Source: an uncultured archaeon (GTDB taxonomy: Archaea > Thermoproteota > Bathyarchaeia > Bathyarchaeales > Bathycorpusculaceae). Taken from it: 64,000 bases of DNA. Of this stretch, positions 1 to 10,418 are shown one piece after another (position 1 is the first letter of the stretch; each line of letters starts with the position of its first letter). Below the pieces are notes generated by a model. It had not been told where the DNA came from, did not search any database, and saw only the letters and a program-made list of their open reading frames with translations. The DNA is taken from positions 1 through 64,000 of the forward strand of contig CAWENF010000014.1 of NCBI GenBank assembly GCA_963810275.1, in the 5' to 3' direction. Both the position numbers and the translations under genes were made by a program.

Positions 1-1047
1 GTCAAGCTGGGGCGAGACGAGCCGTATAGCGGCTTCTTCGGAGGATATGAATTGAAGGTCGCCTCGAGCGCCTGCAACCATGGGACGTAGCTTGATGCGA
101 TCACCTAGGCCGATCATTTCCCCGTGATGAGCGATGACGACACCGAAGGGTCCGTTCATGAGTAAACTGCCGTATGTTTGACGAAGAGCAGTTATGAGTT
201 CACGCTGTTTGGGCGGCATAACGTCTATTTCTTCCCACATTGGAGCAGCGAGAACTTTGATAACTAACTCAATTGGCAGATGCTGGCGGCGCATTAGCAA
301 ATCAACAGCATAAGCGAGCACTTCGGTATCGGTTTGCATGGTACATTTGTAGCCGAACATTTCGAGGTAGCGGCGGTTAATGCCATATGATGAAAGTTCG
401 CCGTTGTGGACAACAGTCCAGTCCAGGATGTTGAATGGGTGTGCTCCTCCCCACCAGCCCGGAGTGTTGGTTGGGAACCGGCTGTGGCAGCTCCAGAGAT
501 AGCCCTCATAGTCCTCTAGACAGAAGAAGTCCGCGATGCCTTCAGGGAAACCGACGCCTTTGAAGACGCCCATGTCTTTGCCGCTGCTAAACACAAAGGC
601 TTTGCCTGTTTCTGTGTTAATACGCATGACCGCTTCTATCACGTAATCCTCTTCAGATTGGTTCACGGCGGGTTGACCCTTCTTGGGATGGACAAAGTAT
701 CGCCAAACCAGCGGTGGATCACGTACATCTGCAGGTTTAGTTTGCATTTCTTCATCGTAGACTATGTCGAATTTTGAGGCTAAGATACGATCAGTTCTGT
801 CTTTTGCATCCTTGCTCAGGTACATGACGTGAAGGGCATAGTATTCTTTGAATTGGGGGTATATACCGTATACTGCGAAGCCACCGCCTAAGCCGTTGCC
901 GCGGTCATGCATGTTTACCATGGCGCGCACGGGGTCTTTGCTGTTAAAGCGGCCGCCAGCAGTGTTCATCATAGCAAATATGCCGCAGGCTGAGAAGTCC
1001 TTGTCGTCACCGTAAGGGTTAATTATTTTCTGATCGAATTGGTCCAT
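1..1047 (-). CDS. Class II glutamine amidotransferase, glutamate synthase GltB1-like subunit (3' end runs off the window)
   Basis: Manual translation from ATG at 1047: MDQFDQKIINPYGDDKDFSACGIFAM...HDRGNGLGGGF...HSRFPTNTPGWWGGAHPF...VHNGELSSYG...TDTEV...DRIKLRP. The start overlaps the upstream stop (TAATG). Confidence 0.88.
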   Translation of the reverse strand, partial: MDQFDQKIINPYGDDKDFSACGIFAMMNTAGGRFNSKDPVRAMVNMHDRGNGLGGGFAVYGIYPQFKEYYALHVMYLSKDAKDRTDRILASKFDIVYDEEMQTKPADVRDPPLVWRYFVHPKKGQPAVNQSEEDYVIEAVMRINTETGKAFVFSSGKDMGVFKGVGFPEGIADFFCLEDYEGYLWSCHSRFPTNTPGWWGGAHPFNILDWTVVHNGELSSYGINRRYLEMFGYKCTMQTDTEVLAYAVDLLMRRQHLPIELVIKVLAAPMWEEIDVMPPKQRELITALRQTYGSLLMNGPFGVVIAHHGEMIGLGDRIKLRPMVAGARGDLQFISSEEAAIRLVSPQLD

Positions 1048-2327
1048 TATTGTATCACACTCATTTTCTTTTGAAGACCCACAGGCAAGACGGCTAAGCC
1101 GAAATCTTCCTCAAGTAGGGTCTGCTTGAATTTTTTAACGTCAATTTTTTTCTTCATCAAGTTAAGATAGATGCCTGCACGCTCGATGCAGTTTACGAGA
1201 GTAAAGCCAACGATTACGTTGTTGCGCAAAACCACCTTTTTATACACTTTTGCAGCGGGGTCGGCTCTAACTAAAATTTCCAGTGTAGGGTCGTCTTTGG
1301 GGTTGGCTAAACCAACGGAGACGATGGGTACGCCAAAGTATTTTAGGCTGCTCATGTTAGTTCCTCCGTTATAAAGGGTTTTCACGCCTGCCATGTTGTA
1401 GCCTGCCACGCGCCCTTCTTCAACTGCAAGGGGCCAGAGAGGCAGTAACCGGTTTTGCCCCAAGATGTAGTCGTAAGCTTCGGCTACGTCGCCACTGGCG
1501 TAAACGTCTGGCAAATTGGTTTGCATAGTGTCATCAACGACTATGCCACGGTTCATTTTGATATCTGTACCTACCGCTATTTCTGTGCGGGGGATAACGC
1601 CGATGGCTACAATAACTAAGTCTGTTGGCACCATGTCGCCTTTAGTTAAGACGACTCCACCAACTATGCCTTCGTTGCCATCTTTGCCGACGATTTTGAC
1701 AACAGATTGACCTGTGACTATGTTAACGCCCGCTGCTTTAACAACACCCTCTACGATGTCGGAGGCTTTTGTATCTAAGAGGAGGCTTAGGATTTTCTCC
1801 TGCAACTCTACCAAGGTGACTTTAAGGCCTCGTTTGGTTAGGGCGTCGGTGACGCTGATACCGATTAAGCCTGCACCGATAACTACTGCGGTTTTTGCGT
1901 TTATTTCTTTTATTTTTGTGACCAAGCTTTCGGCATCACGAATAGTTGTGAAGGTGAATACACCCTCTTTTTCTTGGCCCTCCATTTTTGGTACGAAAGG
2001 CTTGCCGCCTGTTGACAAGAGGAGTTTCTCATAGGAAACTTTTTTGCCATCTTCCAAGGTCACAGTTTTATTTTTGAGGTCGAGTGCAGTGGCTTTTTTG
2101 TCCAAGATGGCGTGGGCATTGTGCTGCGTCCAGAAGTCATCTTCACGGCACATCATTTTGGGGAAGTCTGCTTTGCCGCTGACAAAGTCGCTAATCATGG
2201 GGCGACTGTACTGTGGGCAGACCTCATCAGAGATGACGGTTATTTCGCCTACATGGTCAACTTTTCGGATGGCTTCAACCGCACCGATGCCTGCTGCGGA
2301 GGCGCCGATTATGACGTATTTGCTCAT
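1047..2327 (-). CDS. FAD/NAD(P)-dependent pyridine nucleotide-disulfide oxidoreductase (NirB/rubredoxin reductase-like)
   Basis: Two Rossmann motifs (VIIGASAAG, VVIGAGLIG) and TNLPDVYASGD. Operonic with the ferredoxin and GATase genes. Confidence 0.9.
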   Translation of the reverse strand: MSKYVIIGASAAGIGAVEAIRKVDHVGEITVISDEVCPQYSRPMISDFVSGKADFPKMMCREDDFWTQHNAHAILDKKATALDLKNKTVTLEDGKKVSYEKLLLSTGGKPFVPKMEGQEKEGVFTFTTIRDAESLVTKIKEINAKTAVVIGAGLIGISVTDALTKRGLKVTLVELQEKILSLLLDTKASDIVEGVVKAAGVNIVTGQSVVKIVGKDGNEGIVGGVVLTKGDMVPTDLVIVAIGVIPRTEIAVGTDIKMNRGIVVDDTMQTNLPDVYASGDVAEAYDYILGQNRLLPLWPLAVEEGRVAGYNMAGVKTLYNGGTNMSSLKYFGVPIVSVGLANPKDDPTLEILVRADPAAKVYKKVVLRNNVIVGFTLVNCIERAGIYLNLMKKKIDVKKFKQTLLEEDFGLAVLPVGLQKKMSVIQ

Positions 2328-2770
2328 TTTCGTTTCACCTCAACAAACACCAACGCCTCATTTGGGCAGTTGGCTACACATGCGGGTTCTTTTTCGCCTT
2401 GGCATAGGTCGCATTTCGCGACTACTTTGTTTTGTTTGTCCATTTTGATGGCGCCGTATGGGCAAACCATAACGCAGGTCCAGCAGCCTATGCATTTATC
2501 TTTGTTGTGGCTTACTTCGCCTGTTTTGGGATCTTTGGTCATTGCTCCTGTTAAGCAGGCGGTGACGCAGGGAGCGTCATCGCAGTGGCGGCACTGGATG
2601 GCAAACGAGATGGGTTTGCTTATGTCTCTGCGGACTCTGCTTATGGGTTTTGGGTGTTCGACGTTGTAGGCTTTGATTATATCTTTTGTTTTTGAGTGGG
2701 CGGTGGTGCAGTATACTTCGCATAGTCCACAGCCGATGCACGCTTCTTGTTTAGCAATTATTTTCTTCAT
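2324..2770 (-). CDS. 4Fe-4S dicluster protein (CooF/HydN-like)
   Basis: CIGCGLCEVYC, CRHCDDAPCVTAC, CIGCWTCVMVCP and KCDLC...PACVANCP motifs. Confidence 0.92.
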   Translation of the reverse strand: MKKIIAKQEACIGCGLCEVYCTTAHSKTKDIIKAYNVEHPKPISRVRRDISKPISFAIQCRHCDDAPCVTACLTGAMTKDPKTGEVSHNKDKCIGCWTCVMVCPYGAIKMDKQNKVVAKCDLCQGEKEPACVANCPNEALVFVEVKRK

Positions 2771-3048
2771 TTTGGTTTAACCTCTCTCTTTTTAAGGTTT
2801 AGCGGGGACAAGTGAGCATAAGAATATGGAGTTCTATGTCGGTTGTGCATAGAACACCGTTGCTTTTTATCTTTTGATTATCCTTATTGATTATTATTCG
2901 ACAAGTGTTCAATGACATCATATACCCTCGTTTTGCGAATGTTAGACAGTTGGAATGCATATAATCTATATAACCATGTCGAAAATCATTTATATGTAAA
3001 TTTGTCAAATATGTAATATATACGAAACATATACCACGAGGAAGCTAA

Positions 3049-4152
3049 ATGGCAGAAAAAGACCTTGGATACCGAAGAGTCCAATGCACAGGCAGAGGCT
3101 CCTACATCATCAGCCTGCCCAAAGAATGGGTAGAAGACATAGAACTAAAACGTGGCAGCGAAATCGCCTTCACCATCCAACCTGACAATACCCTAAACCT
3201 AATCCCACGCAAGATCGCAGAAAAAGAAGGCAGAACCGACCACACCAAACTCAAAGAGTATTACATAAGCGTCGACCCCAAAGATCCTCAAGAAGCCACC
3301 CTACGCATGGTAAAAGCACTCTACGCCATCGGAGCCGACATTATCCGCATCCGCTTCAAAAACCCCAAAGATGCCTCCAAAAACAAAAACGAAACCAAAA
3401 ACTTCGTCCGAGATACCTTTTTAGGAGCCGAAATAATCGACGAAACACCTGAAGAAATCACATTGCAAATCCTTATAAAACACAGCGAGTTTGGCGTTGA
3501 AAAAGCCGTCCGCCGCATGGCAATCGTCGCCTTAGCAGCCAACAGAGACGCCATAGCTTACTTCGCCGACCGCAACCCCTCATTGTTCGAAAGCGTCTTA
3601 AATGCCCGAAACGATGTCAACCGCCTTGGACTATACATCGTACGCCAACTCAAATACGGAATAGAACGCAACCTCTACCGTGAACTGGGTTTCCGAACTC
3701 CCAAAGAGTTCCTGCTACACCGTATAGCCGTGAACGACATCGAAAATATAGCTGAAAACGCTCTAAACATCGTCAACAACATAGGCGCCTTCCAGAAGAA
3801 AATCGACGATCAAACGCTCTTCTTGCGCGACCCCATCGACGAAGAGGTGTATGGGCAACTTACCAGGTATTATGGTGAAGCTCAACAGTTCTACGAGGAT
3901 GCTGTTAAGGCGGTATTTAAGCGAGACTATAAGGATGCTGAGAAACTGATTTCCAAACGCGAAGGGCTGGTTGCGCTGGAAAACGAGTTGATGATGCTGG
4001 TTTCAAGCAAGAAAATGGATCCCAACGTCACCGCCATTCTACGCCTTATTTTCGACAGCGCCAAACGCATCTTGGACTACGGCAGAAACATGGCAGAACT
4101 TACGCTTAATCGCACTGTAGAAGAACTCTGCGCCAACTTGACCTATAAGTAA
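3049..4152 (+). CDS. AbrB-PhoU family regulator
   Basis: N-terminal RRVQCTGRGSYIISLPKEW AbrB motif followed by helical PhoU-like repeats (IENIAE, AKRILDYGRNMAE). Confidence 0.88.
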   Translation: MAEKDLGYRRVQCTGRGSYIISLPKEWVEDIELKRGSEIAFTIQPDNTLNLIPRKIAEKEGRTDHTKLKEYYISVDPKDPQEATLRMVKALYAIGADIIRIRFKNPKDASKNKNETKNFVRDTFLGAEIIDETPEEITLQILIKHSEFGVEKAVRRMAIVALAANRDAIAYFADRNPSLFESVLNARNDVNRLGLYIVRQLKYGIERNLYRELGFRTPKEFLLHRIAVNDIENIAENALNIVNNIGAFQKKIDDQTLFLRDPIDEEVYGQLTRYYGEAQQFYEDAVKAVFKRDYKDAEKLISKREGLVALENELMMLVSSKKMDPNVTAILRLIFDSAKRILDYGRNMAELTLNRTVEELCANLTYK

Positions 4153-4159
4153 CAATTTT

Positions 4160-5089
4160 TTAGAATATTTTGTAGAGCGGATGATTAGGCGGCACCGTCA
4201 CGCCCTGTTTTTGGGCTTCGGCAGCCACTATTGCGTCTGCCATCGCAACCGCAGGAAATACCACGTCAGCGAGGTTTATTGGGCCAGCTATGACGAAGTC
4301 TGCGCCCATCACCTGCGTTAGCAGCGTTGATGCTCCTAAGCAGACCTTGCGGGCGTCGACTCCAAACTCATCGGTTTTGATTCGATTCCAAAGTGAGATG
4401 GCATTGCTGGGGGCGCAGCCTGCGGGTAAGCCAAAGCGTTCTTTGATTTGTCGGATGGCGTTGGCTGCAGCGCCGAGACTTGGCACGTTGAGCACCGCTG
4501 TGTCAACAAGCACATTTTGGATTCCCATCTGCTCCGCAATCTTAAGCAAACCAATTTTTTCGCCATTACCTGATAGCGAGGTTACTCGACCTTCGTCCGC
4601 GGCTTTAGGGTCGTAGGCGAGAACGACGGCGGATTTGACGCCTAACTCCCGAATCACCCCAAGTTCTTGCTTGGTTGACCAAAGGTTTATGGAGTTATAA
4701 ATTGCCTTATGAGTTAAGCCTACCTCGCTGATATGCCGCAACGCGACAAGTTTTGCATCACGAGAAACGCTATCAACTAAAAAGGGCACCTCAGTCACCT
4801 CCGAGACGAAATCCACGTACTTTACCATAGCTTCCCCCGTCAAACCCATCACGTCAACAAAGAAGGGTATGCCTGTTTTCTCCGACAACATCTCAGCGCG
4901 GTTAAGCTGCGCCTCTGCGGCTTTGCGGTCAAAGTCGCCAGTTTTTGAGTCGGAGACGACTGGATCAGTGTCGTAGAATATGCTTGGCAACACTACGGTG
5001 GGGTACTCGCCTGGTTGTCCACCAACTCTTACGCCGCCAATTGAAGCTATGGTTTGGAAAGTCTTGTGAAGCGTCAACAAAGGTTCCAC
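4160..5089 (-). CDS. mtrH: MtrH-family pterin-binding methyltransferase (stand-alone)
   Basis: IGGVRVGGQPGEYPTV...SIFY, AIYNSIN, LVDTAV, GLPAGCAPSNA and GADFVIAGPI motifs. Confidence 0.88.
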   Translation of the reverse strand: MEPLLTLHKTFQTIASIGGVRVGGQPGEYPTVVLPSIFYDTDPVVSDSKTGDFDRKAAEAQLNRAEMLSEKTGIPFFVDVMGLTGEAMVKYVDFVSEVTEVPFLVDSVSRDAKLVALRHISEVGLTHKAIYNSINLWSTKQELGVIRELGVKSAVVLAYDPKAADEGRVTSLSGNGEKIGLLKIAEQMGIQNVLVDTAVLNVPSLGAAANAIRQIKERFGLPAGCAPSNAISLWNRIKTDEFGVDARKVCLGASTLLTQVMGADFVIAGPINLADVVFPAVAMADAIVAAEAQKQGVTVPPNHPLYKIF

Positions 5090-5147
5090 ATGTAGAATGG
5101 TAGCGGTTACCGCTATAAAACCAAAACGCCAAGAAAGAGTGTTTTAA

Positions 5148-5222
5148 TGCTCTGGCCGGGATTCGAACCCGGGTCCGCGACTCGAGAGGCCGCTATACTT
5201 GACCGGACTATACTACCAGAGC
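5148..5222 (-). tRNA. tRNA-Glu(CUC)
   Basis: GCTCTGG...CCAGAGC acceptor stem, anticodon arm GCGGC-CT CTC GA-GTCGC, T-loop TTCGAAT. Confidence 0.95.
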
Positions 5223-5396
5223 GCCAACTGCAAGGGGTACATACTGTTTGTTTTTGTATTAATTTACCTTCCCCTCCGAACAACCCATTTAGGTGCAAAA
5301 AATACAGAATTACAACTTCAAGGAGCTCCGCTGAACCAAAAATTAAGACAAAAATTCAGCACAAGACAAGATTTACAAAAAAGAAGAAGGGAAAGT

Positions 5397-7040
5397 TTAT
5401 TCCATATCTGGCATGCCGCCGCCAGGACCACCTGGGCCGCCTTTCGGCGCTTTAGCAGTGATGACATCGTCGATGCGCAAAATCATAGCTGCTGATTCAG
5501 CCGCTGACTTGATGGCTTGCTCTTTAACCACGATTGGTTCGATTACGCCGTTTGCGATGCTGTCTTGGAGTTTTCCTTTGAACGCGTTTATTCCTTGGTT
5601 TTTGCCGTCTGCTTTGTCGTGTACGCTGCGCATTTCGACAAGTATATCGATGGGTTCAAGACCTGCGTTTTCTGCGAGTGTCCTTGGGATGACTTCGATC
5701 GCGTCTGCAAATGCTTCCACTGCTAGCTGTTCTCTGCCGCCTACTTTTGTTGCGTATTTACGGAGTTCTTTGGCTATTTCGATTTCGACTGCTCCGCCGC
5801 CTGGAACAACCTTGTTATTTTCAATTACGTCCGAGACTACTGATAGGCAGTCGGTCATGGCGCGTTCGGCTTCGTCAACCATACGTTCTAAGCCTGCGCG
5901 GATGAGGATTGCGACGCTGTGGGGATCTTTGCATTTTTCAACGAAGATCAATTTGTCGTCGCCGATTTTTCGTTCTTCCACTAAGCCTGCGCTGCCTAGG
6001 TCGTCTTTTTTGAGGTCTTCGAGGTCGCTTACGATTCTACCGCCTGTTGCGCGTGCAAGTTTTTCCATATCGGATTCTTTTACACGACGTGCTGCTATGA
6101 TTCCTTCTTTTGCGAGGAAGTGTTGAACCATATCGTCAATACCTTTCTGGCAGAAAATAACGTCTGCGCCAGAGGCTTTAACTTTTGTAACCATGTTTTG
6201 CAGCATGCTTTCCTCTTGATCAAGGAACGCTTTCATCTGTGAAGGGTCTTTGATTCTGATTTCTGCAGTGATTTCAGTTTTCTCGATTTCGAGTGCTGAA
6301 TCGAGCAGGGCAATTTTTGCGTTTTCTTTAGATTTTGGCATGCCTGGGTTGACGATTTCTTTGTCAATGATTATACCTTGTATTAGCTGGGTTTCAAGGA
6401 GGCTTTTACCTGTTTTCTTGACAAGTTGGATGTTGTCTATGTCTGCTAGGGTTTGGTCTCCGCGGCACTCTGCAATTTGTTTGACTGCGTCGATGCTTAT
6501 TTGGGCGAGGTGCTCGCGTGCTGAGCCGACAGCTTTGCTACTCATGCTTGTTAAAGCTACTTTTAAGAGAGTTTTCTTGTCGTTTATGTCAAGGGGGACA
6601 GCTGTTTTGTTGATGGCTTCGATGGCTTTCACGGATGCTTTGCGGAATCCACTTACGAGAATTGTTGGGTGGATGTTTTGGTCAAGGAGTTCTTCGGCTT
6701 TACGAAGCAGTTCGCTTGCCAAAACCACTGCGCTAGTGGTTCCGTCGCCGACCATGTCGTCTTGGGTTTTTGCGATTTCAACCATCATTTTCGCCGCCGG
6801 ATGCTCAACGTCAATCTCTTTTAGAATTGCAGCACCGTCGTTGGTTATGGTGATGTCGCCTAAGCCGTCAATGAGCATTTTATCCATGCCCCGGGGTCCT
6901 AGGGTTGTTTTTAGTACTTCACCTATAACTCGGGCGGCCATGATGTTGTTTCTTTGGGCTTCTTTACCTCTGCTTCGTGTAGTTCCTTCTTTGAGGATGA
7001 GGACTGGCTGTCCTGAACCTGTTGTTGTTAAATACGCCAT
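5397..7040 (-). CDS. ths: Thermosome (group II chaperonin) subunit
   Basis: TTLGPRGMDKM, TNDGA and GDGTTS motifs with a Gly/Pro/Met-rich tail. Confidence 0.97.
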   Translation of the reverse strand: MAYLTTTGSGQPVLILKEGTTRSRGKEAQRNNIMAARVIGEVLKTTLGPRGMDKMLIDGLGDITITNDGAAILKEIDVEHPAAKMMVEIAKTQDDMVGDGTTSAVVLASELLRKAEELLDQNIHPTILVSGFRKASVKAIEAINKTAVPLDINDKKTLLKVALTSMSSKAVGSAREHLAQISIDAVKQIAECRGDQTLADIDNIQLVKKTGKSLLETQLIQGIIIDKEIVNPGMPKSKENAKIALLDSALEIEKTEITAEIRIKDPSQMKAFLDQEESMLQNMVTKVKASGADVIFCQKGIDDMVQHFLAKEGIIAARRVKESDMEKLARATGGRIVSDLEDLKKDDLGSAGLVEERKIGDDKLIFVEKCKDPHSVAILIRAGLERMVDEAERAMTDCLSVVSDVIENNKVVPGGGAVEIEIAKELRKYATKVGGREQLAVEAFADAIEVIPRTLAENAGLEPIDILVEMRSVHDKADGKNQGINAFKGKLQDSIANGVIEPIVVKEQAIKSAAESAAMILRIDDVITAKAPKGGPGGPGGGMPDME

Positions 7041-7775
7041 ATCGTTATCCCTACTTAGTAGAATCTTGTTTATTTCGGATTATTGCAAAAAGTAAACAGC
7101 AATATAAACTTTAAGGCTCCTTTGAGGCTTGTTGTTTTTTGATATTTACTGCTTTTGAAAAAACCGGTTTTTTAAGATGTAGTTGGCTTGGAGATTATTG
7201 ACTGGAACTTTTTCTTTCTTCTTACGAGATGGTGGTTTTTCTGCACCATAAGACTGCGGTTGATGGCGGTTGCTTATACTAAACAGAGGAGTTAGCTTTT
7301 CTGTACTTCTTTCTTGTTTTTCAGCCCGCTTAGTCCACGCATTAAAACTTATCATTTCAACGATATCTAAGAAATGCGGAAAGCCACACATATTGCGGAG
7401 GCTACCCATAAGTCTAGCCAACCAATTTATCTCTCAAGTAATCAGTGTACCGGTAAATAGTTATAAGGCTTTTAAGGAGCTAAAATTGGGGTAGTCTATT
7501 ACATAAAGCAGAGATGTGGCTTTACTGGTTTTTGTAACTCTTTTGACCAAAATCTGCCTACTCAGAAAAGTTTTTAGCTTATGCAAGAAAGCCCAACCAA
7601 AAACATCGAAACCAGAAATGGCAAATGCTAAGGCTCTCCGCATTTGAACCTCAGTGTATAAGAGCCAAAGTCCACAAGTTTAGGAAAAATTACTCTCGGT
7701 AAAAAACACAAAAAGAAAAACTGACGCAAACTCCTATATGCAACGCATCAGGCTTTGAAGTAGAAGAGACTAAAA

Positions 7776-7964
7776 ATGAACCGAGCAAATTATAAAGTGG
7801 ACAGAAAAAGCCCTAAACAAGACAGCTCAATTACCAGATCTAAAAAGCGAATGCGTGCAAACCCTAAAATGATAAACTCCGCTACAACCCCAAAATTGCG
7901 TGAAGCCTACATATCTAAAACAGAATGGGCAACTAAAAAACTTCCCAAACTTAAAGAACAGTAG
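7776..7964 (+). CDS. Possible small basic hypothetical protein
   Basis: 62-aa ATG ORF in a long intergenic gap. No recognisable motif. Confidence 0.3.
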   Translation: MNRANYKVDRKSPKQDSSITRSKKRMRANPKMINSATTPKLREAYISKTEWATKKLPKLKEQ

Positions 7965-8037
7965 ACTTTTTCAAGGGCAAATAGAAAGAATAACAAAAAT
8001 ATTTTTTTAATTTTCTTAAATTGGCAGGCATTATAGA

Positions 8038-8235
8038 TTGCAACCTAACCAACACAGGAGCAACATCAAAGTGGGCATTCATGTAAGAATTGTTATGAAG
8101 CATGACCAGCAAAGCGGCAAATTAACCGAAGGGATCGTCAAAAGCATCCTCACCAGCAGCCCAACGCATCCCCATGGAATCAAAGTGCGCCTGACAGACG
8201 GCAAAGTCGGCAGAGTACAATCAATAATAAATTAA
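8038..8235 (+). CDS. YwbE family protein (DUF2196)
   Basis: GKLTEGIVKSILTSSPTHPHGIKVRLTDGKVGRV signature. Confidence 0.9.
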   Translation: MQPNQHRSNIKVGIHVRIVMKHDQQSGKLTEGIVKSILTSSPTHPHGIKVRLTDGKVGRVQSIIN

Positions 8236-8313
8236 TGGTGGGGCCTCCCGGATTTGAACCGGAGTCTATAGAGCCCAAGTCTACAAGCCTGGACCAAGCT
8301 AGCCGAAGGCCCC
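8236..8313 (-). tRNA. tRNA-Pro(UGG), CCA encoded
   Basis: GGGGCCT...AGGCCCC ACCA, anticodon arm GTAGA-CT TGG GC-TCTAT, T-loop TTCAAAT. Confidence 0.93.
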
Positions 8314-8473
8314 AAAGCCTTGGTGCAACACTAATTTCCTCTGCACCCATAAAAACCTTATCAAAACATAGACACAAACCAACCCACAACACCCAACTAA
8401 TATGATTAACCACCACTTGAAGGGACAGGCAGCAGTTCTTTAAATGTAGGGAAGAGAAGTAGCTTAAAAACAG

Positions 8474-10303
8474 CTACTTTTTGGGTTTAGGCTTTTTCTC
8501 GTCTTCTTTGTCATCTTTATCTTTGACGATTTTTGTGTAGTAGTATTCGCCGATGTCTTTTTGGAACTTATCCATCTGGCTACCTTCCTTGTTAACACGC
8601 GGACGTAGCGTAACGGAGTCACGACGGAAGGTTATAGCCATCTCTTTAAGGAAAGTGTTCATTCCCCCCCGAAGCGTGGTTGGAGGATGCGCAACACCGC
8701 ACTCACCCGGCAAACCATTGAAAACCATCAAGCGGTCGGCAATGAAGTCCTGCGTCACCACATCGTGCTCAACCACAAACGCCGGAATACCATGAGCTTC
8801 CACTACTCGACGCAGGGTTTTAGCTACGTTTAGACGCTCTTCAACGTCAAGGTAAGCGCTAGGTTCGTCAAGCAAAAACAAGTCTGCCTTACGGCTAAGG
8901 CACGCCGCTATTGCGATTTTCTGCAATTCTCCACCGCTAAGCTCCATAACGTTGCGGTCCATCAGTACCTGCAGCCGCAGAGGCGTAGCGATTTCGGTTT
9001 TGTACCAGCTTGACGTGAAATTCTCTTTAGCCACACTCATAAGCAGCTCCTGCACTGTGCCTTCATAGTCTGGGGCTATGTATTGGGGCTTATAGCTCAC
9101 AACTAACTTGCTAAGTTGGCGTTTGTCATCGGTTTCCTCCAAGCCAGCCAGCATCTTAACAAGTGTAGTTTTGCCAATACCATTAGGACCCAAAATTCCA
9201 ATGATTTCGCCACTGCGGATTTCACCAGCCTCCACGGTAAGCTTGAAGCCACTAAAGGTTTTCTCCATCTTGCTCCAACTCAACAGTGGAGCACCGACGT
9301 TTTCTCCTGCCGTTGGCGGCTTCTCCTGGAAAACGATTGCTTCTTTTCTGAACATGATGTTTTCGTCGGGGATGTAACCTTGTAGGTAAATGTTAATTCC
9401 TGTTCGGACACCGTGCACGTGACTAACGACACCATAAACGCCCGGTTCACCGTAGAACACACAAATTTGGTCAGACAAATAGTCAATAATTGCCAAGTCG
9501 TGCTCGGCAACGATTACTGTTTTGTTCAGTTCTTTAAGACTGCGAATCGCCCTAGCAACGACAAGGCGCTGCTTAACGTCAAGATAGCTGCTGGGCTCAT
9601 CAAACAGATAAACCTCTGCGTCTCGACTCAACGCAGCCGCTACCGCTACCCGCTGCAGTTCCCCCCCGCTAAGCACATCGAGGTTTCGGTCCCAAATCTT
9701 GCGCAATTCCAACTCGTCAGCAATAGCGTCAAGATGTTTACGCTCATCCACCTTGTCTAACAGATCGCCAACTTTTCCAGTGATTGCTTTGGGAATTTTA
9801 TCTACATACTGAGGTTTACTGCTGACTCTGAGTTTCTTCTCGCTGAGCTTAACAAAGTAGTCTTGCAGGCTGCTGCCACGGTAGTACTGGATGATTTCGC
9901 TCCACTCAGGCGGATCATCGAATCTACCCAAGTTTGGTTTAAGGTCGCCGCTAAATACTTTGAGGGTGGTACTTTTTCCTATGCCGTTTTGCCCCAGAAG
10001 GCCCAGAACAGTTCCGGCTGAGGGCATGGGTAAACGGTAGAGTTTGAAGCTGTTTTCGCTAAAACGGTGACTACAATCCTTCTCTAACTCGTCGGGCAGG
10101 TTTACGATGCTAATGGCTTTGAAAGGACATTTCTTGACGCATATGCCGCATCCGCTACACAATGTTTCAGATATGATTGCGTTGTTGCCTTCTACTCGAA
10201 TGGCTTCCACTCGGCTACGCACCATAGGGCAGAAGCTTACGCAGAGCTGGTTGCACTTTTTAACTTTGCATTTGTCTTTATCTAACACGGCGATTCGGGT
10301 CAT
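8474..10303 (-). CDS. rli: Ribosome recycling ATPase ABCE1/Rli1
   Basis: N-terminal Fe-S domain (CSGCGICVKKCPF) and two ABC domains (GQNGIGKST, GPNGIGKTT, LSGGELQ twice). Confidence 0.97.
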   Translation of the reverse strand: MTRIAVLDKDKCKVKKCNQLCVSFCPMVRSRVEAIRVEGNNAIISETLCSGCGICVKKCPFKAISIVNLPDELEKDCSHRFSENSFKLYRLPMPSAGTVLGLLGQNGIGKSTTLKVFSGDLKPNLGRFDDPPEWSEIIQYYRGSSLQDYFVKLSEKKLRVSSKPQYVDKIPKAITGKVGDLLDKVDERKHLDAIADELELRKIWDRNLDVLSGGELQRVAVAAALSRDAEVYLFDEPSSYLDVKQRLVVARAIRSLKELNKTVIVAEHDLAIIDYLSDQICVFYGEPGVYGVVSHVHGVRTGINIYLQGYIPDENIMFRKEAIVFQEKPPTAGENVGAPLLSWSKMEKTFSGFKLTVEAGEIRSGEIIGILGPNGIGKTTLVKMLAGLEETDDKRQLSKLVVSYKPQYIAPDYEGTVQELLMSVAKENFTSSWYKTEIATPLRLQVLMDRNVMELSGGELQKIAIAACLSRKADLFLLDEPSAYLDVEERLNVAKTLRRVVEAHGIPAFVVEHDVVTQDFIADRLMVFNGLPGECGVAHPPTTLRGGMNTFLKEMAITFRRDSVTLRPRVNKEGSQMDKFQKDIGEYYYTKIVKDKDDKEDEKKPKPKK

Positions 10304-10418
10304 TGGGAAACGTCCAAGTATGAATTGAAAGGGTTAGTTATAAATTTAAAACCACAGAACCACCAATTAAACCTACAAGAAACTCAAGCCAACACAACAA
10401 ACAACTAAGATAAAAAAA

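Noticed and set aside
3021-3032. TACGAAACATAT shared with position ~30630 near another regulator gene
   Set aside because: A non-palindromic 12-mer in AT-rich DNA with opposite orientation relative to the two genes. Plausibly chance.
5413-7095. Long + strand ORFs (237 and 281 aa) opposite the thermosome gene, and similar antisense ORFs throughout
   Set aside because: Shadow ORFs antisense to well-supported genes, with no motifs.
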